Positions 59,049-64,000 of a stretch of 64,000 bases of DNA are shown here, in pieces; the stretch's first letter is position 1; the number at the start of each line of letters is the position of its first letter. This DNA comes from Myxococcota bacterium (GTDB taxonomy: Bacteria; Myxococcota_A; UBA796; SXON01), in NCBI GenBank assembly GCA_040386535.1, contig JAZKFH010000067.1, positions 1-64,000 on the forward strand, written 5' to 3'. The notes under the pieces are model-generated. The model was not told the DNA's origin. It saw nothing but the letters and a program-made list of their open reading frames with translations, and did no database searches. Made by a program: the position numbers and the translations under genes.

Positions 59049-61390
59049 GACGTCACCGGCTTGCGCATGTTGCACCCCTGGCACAACGCGCGGCTCCGGT
59101 AGCCCGCGACCAACCCTCCGTAGGCGTCCCCGTCCCAGATCTCCCCCAGCGTGCGGGCGTGGAGGTCACCGAGCTCGCCGAGAGTGCGGCGCTGGGCGTC
59201 GGGGGCGCAGCAGGGGTCGAAGCGGCCTGCGGCGCTGACCCAGGCTTCCTGGCCGAGGAACGGGCACCCGCCGCCCGGGGCGAGGTTGTCTCCCGCGTCC
59301 GGATCGAGCGGGAAGATGTTCTCGAGCAGCACACGCTCCCCGCTCGGCAACCGGTGCTCCTCCACGGCGGTCCGGGCCGCGGCGACCGCAGCGTTCCAGC
59401 GGGTGATGGCCGCCGGGCTGCGGCGCATGGACAAGCCCCGGATGGCGTCGAAGTGCGCCCAGAGGTGGTGGCCCTTCACGCGGTCGACGCCGAGCCCTGC
59501 CGCGAGTCGCACGATGTCGGCGAGCTCGCCCACGTTGGTCTCGAGGAACGTCATCTGCAACGTGACCCGACACCGGTTCCCACCGGCGGCGGCGTGCGCG
59601 TCCCGCACGGCCAGGAACGTCCGCAGGTTCTCCGACACTTGCGTCCAACGCGCGCCGACCATGATCGCCTCCTGCGTGGCAGCGGTGGCGCCGTTCCACG
59701 ACACCTTCACATCCGAGGTGACAGGCACGATCTTCTCGGCCCAGGCGCGTGCCCCGAGGCGCGGGAAGGTGCCGTTGGTGGTCAGGTTGAGCTTGACCCG
59801 GTGCTCCGCACACACGGCGAGGATCTCCTCGAAGTCCGCGAATAGCAGCGGCTCTCCCATGGTGGACGGGATGATCTCCCGCAGGCCGCGCGGGGCCGCC
59901 TCCGCCACCACCTTCCGGATCAAGGACACCGGCATCCGCCGCGGGGCCTCCCCTGCCGCGCGACGGTCGGCCTGCCGCGGGCTGTGGGGGCTGTGCTCCT
60001 CGCACATGATGCAACGCAAGTTGCAATCGTCGGGGTTCGTGTCGAACGTGATGCGCCACGGGCCGGGGAGGTGCTCCACGCGGGCGGAGTCCCGCTTCGC
60101 GAGGACCTCCGCGTACAACGCCTCCACCGCGTCGGCGTGCGCGTCGATTGGAGGGATCCGCCCCTCGGGATCGAGCAGATAGCCGCGAGCCCCGAGACGG
60201 GCCGCGAGCACGGGATCGGCCGCGAGCCGCGCCATCTGCGCCGCGAGATCCGTCGGATCGCGATGGCGGTATAGAAGCCCGTTCTCGTCGTGCCGTACGT
60301 ATTCGCCCATTCCACCCACGTCCGCGGTGATCACCGGCACGCGCGCGCCCTGCGCCTCGTGGATCACCAGCGGCGAATTCTCCACCCAGACGGACGGCAC
60401 CACGATCGCGTCGACGTGGTCGAACACGTCGCGCCCGATGTCCTCGTTCCGGTACTCGGGGAGCCACTCCACGCGCTGGCCCGCCTCGTTCGGAAGCGCG
60501 GCGGCGAGCATCTTCAAGGCCTCGGTGTCCTGGCCCCGCGGTCGACCCCAGATGCGCAGCCGCGGCGCTCCCAGGAGCCGCCCGAACGCGTCGAGCAGGT
60601 GGTGGATGCCCTTCGCCGGGATGTGGGTGCCGATGTACCCGAACGTGAAGGCTTCGCCGGGCGCACGACGCCGCCCCTCCACGCGCGCCCGATCGAAGCC
60701 GTAGTCGAGGTACCGGAGCTTGCCGCGGGGAAGACCGAAGTCGCGGTGGAACCGCTCCTGCAGCGAGCGGGAGGGCGCGATGAAGAGGTCCACGTGCTCC
60801 ACCATCGCGCGCACGTGTGCCATGCGACGCGCAACCCAGTCCGCCCAGTGCGCCACGTCCTGGGCCTCTTCCTCGGGCGCGCCCGAGAAGTACCGGGAGT
60901 AGCAACGGCGCGCGCACTTCTCGTCGGCCTGGCCGTCGCACGCCGCCCAGATGTTCGCGGAATCTTCTGGGAACATCTGCATGAACTGCCCACGCGGGCA
61001 CATCAGCCAGAAGTCGTGGAGCGTGAAGACGACGGGCACGCCGCGACGCGCCGTCTCGGCGAGGATGGAGGTCGACAGGTGGTTGAGGTGGCCGACGTGG
61101 ACGATGTCGGGGCGGAGCGCGTCGAGCAGGCCGCCGAACCCACGATCCAACTCTTCGTGCCGATACCGGTCGCGGCTGCGTGGCATGTTCACGACGTGGA
61201 GGCGCACGCGCGGATCGCCCGCGTCCGTCTCCTCCCGCAAGGTGTAGTCGGGCGCGAAGGCGTTCTCCTCGCGGGTGTACACGTGCACGTCGTGCCGGTT
61301 TGCGAGAGCGCGCGCGAGCGTCTGGGTGTAGACCTCGGAGCCCGCGTTGTAGCGTAGCGGATAGCCGTGGATTACCTGGAGGATCTTCAT
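59045..61390 (-). CDS. Glycosyltransferase family 4 fused to radical SAM/SPASM-twitch domain
   Basis: TLHDFWLMCPR, PSVWVENSPLVIHEA..GGMGE (GT4); CNLRCIMC, GEPL, TTNG; CPFLG..PCC..EIW..CQGC. Confidence 0.92.
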   Translation of the reverse strand: MKILQVIHGYPLRYNAGSEVYTQTLARALANRHDVHVYTREENAFAPDYTLREETDAGDPRVRLHVVNMPRSRDRYRHEELDRGFGGLLDALRPDIVHVGHLNHLSTSILAETARRGVPVVFTLHDFWLMCPRGQFMQMFPEDSANIWAACDGQADEKCARRCYSRYFSGAPEEEAQDVAHWADWVARRMAHVRAMVEHVDLFIAPSRSLQERFHRDFGLPRGKLRYLDYGFDRARVEGRRRAPGEAFTFGYIGTHIPAKGIHHLLDAFGRLLGAPRLRIWGRPRGQDTEALKMLAAALPNEAGQRVEWLPEYRNEDIGRDVFDHVDAIVVPSVWVENSPLVIHEAQGARVPVITADVGGMGEYVRHDENGLLYRHRDPTDLAAQMARLAADPVLAARLGARGYLLDPEGRIPPIDAHADAVEALYAEVLAKRDSARVEHLPGPWRITFDTNPDDCNLRCIMCEEHSPHSPRQADRRAAGEAPRRMPVSLIRKVVAEAAPRGLREIIPSTMGEPLLFADFEEILAVCAEHRVKLNLTTNGTFPRLGARAWAEKIVPVTSDVKVSWNGATAATQEAIMVGARWTQVSENLRTFLAVRDAHAAAGGNRCRVTLQMTFLETNVGELADIVRLAAGLGVDRVKGHHLWAHFDAIRGLSMRRSPAAITRWNAAVAAARTAVEEHRLPSGERVLLENIFPLDPDAGDNLAPGGGCPFLGQEAWVSAAGRFDPCCAPDAQRRTLGELGDLHARTLGEIWDGDAYGGLVAGYRSRALCQGCNMRKPVTS

Positions 61391-62229
61391 TTGGACGCCT
61401 CGTGCGGGGGGGCGAATTGGAGCGCGGCCAAGCCGCGGGAGAGCGAGATACGGGGACGCCAGCCGAGGGTGGCGAAGGCGGGCGCGGGGTCTCCGACGAA
61501 GCGACGAACCTCGTGGGGAGCGGCGGGCACGTGGAGGAGCGGGGACGAGCCCTTGAGCGCGCGGGCCAGGTCTCCGAGCCGGGTCTCCTCCCCCGAGCAG
61601 AGGAGCAACGTCGAGAGGGTGTGACCGGCGTCGAGGCGCGCGACGACACGCAGCAGGCCGTCCAAAACATCGTCCACATGAACGAGGTCGAGGGTGTGAT
61701 CGGCCCCCCGGACCTGGAGCGGGGCACCCGTCCGAGCTGCGGCGAGCCAGCCGGGGACGAGGCGATCGGGATGATCACCGGCCGCCCCGTAGACGTTGGC
61801 GAGGCGCACCACGGCCACGTTGCGCCCCTCCGCGAGCGCCTCGGCGCCCGCCTTGGTTCGTCCGTAAACATTTTGCGGTCGCAGCGCCGTTCCCGGCCCC
61901 GCAGGGAGCAGGTCGGGCTGCCCGTACACTTCCCGGCTGCTCACCAGCAGCACCCACGCCCCCTCGGCCGCAGCGGCGTCGAGGACGTTCGCGGTGGCGG
62001 TCACATTGTCCCGGAAGGCGGCCTCGGGGTCGGCCTCGCAGCGACCCACTCGGGCGCACGCCGCGAGGTGGATCACTCCGCGGCAGCCGCGCACCGCGGA
62101 GCGTGTCGTCTTCCGGTGCGCGAGATCCTCACCCAGGAGCCGGTCGAGGGGCCGGCAGCCTCCGTTTAGCAGAGGCGAGAGCGCGCGCCCCAGCACACCG
62201 GCCGCGCCCGTGAGCAGGAGGGGCCTCAC
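61387..62229 (-). CDS. NAD-dependent epimerase/dehydratase (extended SDR)
   Basis: LLTGAAGVLG, IHLAA, SSREVYG, YGRTK, RLANVYG, DLVHVDD. Confidence 0.9.
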   Translation of the reverse strand: MRPLLLTGAAGVLGRALSPLLNGGCRPLDRLLGEDLAHRKTTRSAVRGCRGVIHLAACARVGRCEADPEAAFRDNVTATANVLDAAAAEGAWVLLVSSREVYGQPDLLPAGPGTALRPQNVYGRTKAGAEALAEGRNVAVVRLANVYGAAGDHPDRLVPGWLAAARTGAPLQVRGADHTLDLVHVDDVLDGLLRVVARLDAGHTLSTLLLCSGEETRLGDLARALKGSSPLLHVPAAPHEVRRFVGDPAPAFATLGWRPRISLSRGLAALQFAPPHEASK

Positions 62230-62591
62230 GCGGCGATCCCGTAGAGGCTCACCGCGACGTCCTGCTGATACGGGCCGAAGCGCAGGTACGTCATCATCAC
62301 CCACCCAAACGAGCTGCCGGGGTAGGAGCGCGCGATCACGTAGACTCCGGCACGGTCGTGGGCGAGGAAGTACCGATCGCGAACCCCCTCGAGCGAGCGC
62401 CCGAGGAGGGGCGCGGCGACGCCGGGAGGGATCTCCTCGGCGCGACCGAGGAGCGCGAGCGCACCACGTACGCCGACGTTGGGGTGGTGGAGCCGGAGGC
62501 GCTCCAGGGCGTGGGGGAGCACCCAGAGATCGAGTGACACGTCGGGCGTGGTCGGCGCGCGGGCCGAACCGAAGAAGGCAGGGGGATTCAT
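62226..62591 (-). CDS. Small hypothetical protein, first gene of the operon
   Basis: 121 aa, RBS-like CGGAG upstream, GTGA overlap with epimerase; HALERL..MMTYL pattern. Confidence 0.65.
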   Translation of the reverse strand: MNPPAFFGSARAPTTPDVSLDLWVLPHALERLRLHHPNVGVRGALALLGRAEEIPPGVAAPLLGRSLEGVRDRYFLAHDRAGVYVIARSYPGSSFGWVMMTYLRFGPYQQDVAVSLYGIAA

Positions 62592-62892
62592 GAAAGCTCC
62601 GCTCGGAGAGACGTTCCGGCAGCGGACGACAGACAACCCCCAACCGTGCAGGACACGGGAACAGGCCACGCCGAGCGGCGTGCGAAGGTCTGGGTCACGT
62701 TGTCGAGGATCGGGGCGTTCGTACAGCCGGCGTCGCTACCAGTCACCCGCCTTGCGGCGGTCCCCGTGGATCCTTGGACGGGGTAGAGAAAAGTATGCGC
62801 CAGCCGGAAGCTACTGGGACGGGATGGGAACGTCAAGTGCGATTCTCCGACACCCCCTTCATCGCCCGGATGCGCCGGGGGATCGACCCGGC

Positions 62893-62930
62893 GGCTTACG
62901 TAAGGACTTACGCGACGACTTACATATAAA
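62893..62930. promoter_or_regulatory. Putative operator array in divergent promoter region
   Basis: CTTAC at 62895, 62907, 62919 (12-nt period), first copy part of palindrome CTTACGTAAG; followed by AT-rich ATATAAATTT. Confidence 0.45.
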
Positions 62931-62982
62931 TTTGCACGCCCAGCGCTCGGCGCGTACGGTCGGCTTCCAGATGGAGGCCTCG

Positions 62983-64000
62983 ATGTCCTGGTTGGAACGT
63001 GCCGCGAGAGACGCCGGCTACCGTAGCATCCGCAAGCTGGCGGAGGAGGTGTCCTCCTTTCCGGGCGCGCCCAGCTTCAACAGTGTCAACGTGCACCTGG
63101 GGAAGCTCGACGACCTCGACCCGGCCGGGATCGAGTGGCTGCGGAAGCGCACGGACGTGTTGTTGAAGCTGGCGGTGGTCCTCGGTTGGAACGAAGCCAC
63201 GCTGCGAGAGCGGATCGGCGCCGCGGCGGACGACGACGAGGCCACCTCCGTGCTCATCCCGGAGCTCGACAGCGATCGCCGCTGGGACCTCCGCGCCGAC
63301 CCGTTGTTCCCGGGTGTCCCCGCTCGCGTCGCCGAGCCGGCCGCGTGGCGGCGCCTGTGGTGGCACGCCGAGGCGGGCTCGGGAGCCGAGTGGGTCGGGC
63401 GCTGGCTCCGGTGCAACCATGAGATTCAGGTGGTGCGCGAGCGCGACTGGGCTCGAGCCCGCGCGGGGCTCCGTCCGGGTCGCCCTGCGTTCGTCGTCCT
63501 CGCGGAGTCCACCGACGCCGAGGCGCTGCTCCGCGCCGACGGGCTGGAGGGGTGGCAGATCTGCGTGGTGGCGGCGTTCGCCCCGCCCGAGCCCGCGCAG
63601 GGGCCGCGCGCCCAGCCCGGGCCCTGGGAGATCGTCCGCTCTGCTCCCACCGATCACTGGGCGGGAGCTTTCTTCGTCTGGGCGGAGCGCTTCTACGGGG
63701 ACGGCCAGTACACCGCCTCGCTCGCCCAGGAGGTCTGGGAGAAGTTTGGAAGCGCGACCAACTTTCGGCTTCCGGGCGACCTCATGGCGTTGTGCGGTCT
63801 CCTGGATGGCCTTGGCCGGGATCTCCTCGGGGCAGACATCGAGAAGCTCGGGGATCAGTGGCTCAAGTGGCTTGCCGCGCGTCCTGCCGTCCCACGCGAG
63901 ACGAGGGAGTGGGTCAAGCGCGAGGGGTGGTCCCGGGTGCGGGCGTTGGCGGAGGCGAGCCTTGCCGAGACGGGGCCCCACGATCTCGCCGGCTGGACAC
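62983..64000 (+). CDS. Hypothetical protein with N-terminal HTH-like region (partial; runs off window)
   Basis: GGAGG 5 nt before ATG 62983; MSWLERAARDAGYRSIRKLAEEV...; frame open to the window end (absent from ORF track for lack of a stop). Confidence 0.75.
   Translation, partial: MSWLERAARDAGYRSIRKLAEEVSSFPGAPSFNSVNVHLGKLDDLDPAGIEWLRKRTDVLLKLAVVLGWNEATLRERIGAAADDDEATSVLIPELDSDRRWDLRADPLFPGVPARVAEPAAWRRLWWHAEAGSGAEWVGRWLRCNHEIQVVRERDWARARAGLRPGRPAFVVLAESTDAEALLRADGLEGWQICVVAAFAPPEPAQGPRAQPGPWEIVRSAPTDHWAGAFFVWAERFYGDGQYTASLAQEVWEKFGSATNFRLPGDLMALCGLLDGLGRDLLGADIEKLGDQWLKWLAARPAVPRETREWVKREGWSRVRALAEASLAETGPHDLAGWT

Noticed and set aside
59166..61871. 901-aa minus-strand ORF
   Set aside because: Arg/Gly-rich alternative frame overlapping the GT4-radical SAM gene
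62920..63981. 353-aa minus-strand ORF
   Set aside because: Shadow of the plus-strand gene starting at 62983, which has a clear RBS

Overview
High-GC bacterial DNA (myxobacterial-like gene content; taxonomy is inference) that reads as an accessory conflict/defence island plus a biosynthetic operon. 1-5.5 kb: nested IS21/IS66 remnants and a TIR-membrane gene. 6-14.6 kb: a ~2,200-aa lipase-lipase-CHAT(caspase-like)-neutral ceramidase fusion followed by a small ORF and a TIR-TM-TPR gene. 15-19.1 kb: a decayed WD40 gene and an IS3 scrap. 19.3-28.6 kb: a co-oriented, visibly lower-GC block joining phage-type thymidine-hypermodification enzymes (Nmad2, dTMP-kinase::aGPT-PPlase1/5hmdU DNA kinase fusion, dUMP-hydroxymethylase-like thymidylate synthase, metallophosphoesterase::degenerate TS fusion) to a ThsB-like TIR and a TIR-SLOG protein; this is the best candidate for an undescribed system. 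28.7-45.4 kb: TIR-NB-ARC-repeat NLR-like gene, a GT/cis-prenyltransferase/TIR-TPR/GT2 module and a TIR-VMAP/MoxR/vWA-STAND-SLOG-SLOG ternary system. Seven TIR domains in total, all retaining the catalytic-type Glu. 45.7-50.5 kb: esterase and an intact IS21 with a 7-bp target duplication. 50.9-62.6 kb (minus): a 10-gene translationally coupled tailoring-enzyme operon (GT4::radical SAM, carbamoyltransferase::O-methyltransferase etc.), divergent from an HTH-like gene that runs off the window. No rRNA, tRNA or CRISPR array was recognised. All family calls come from motif reading, not database searches.
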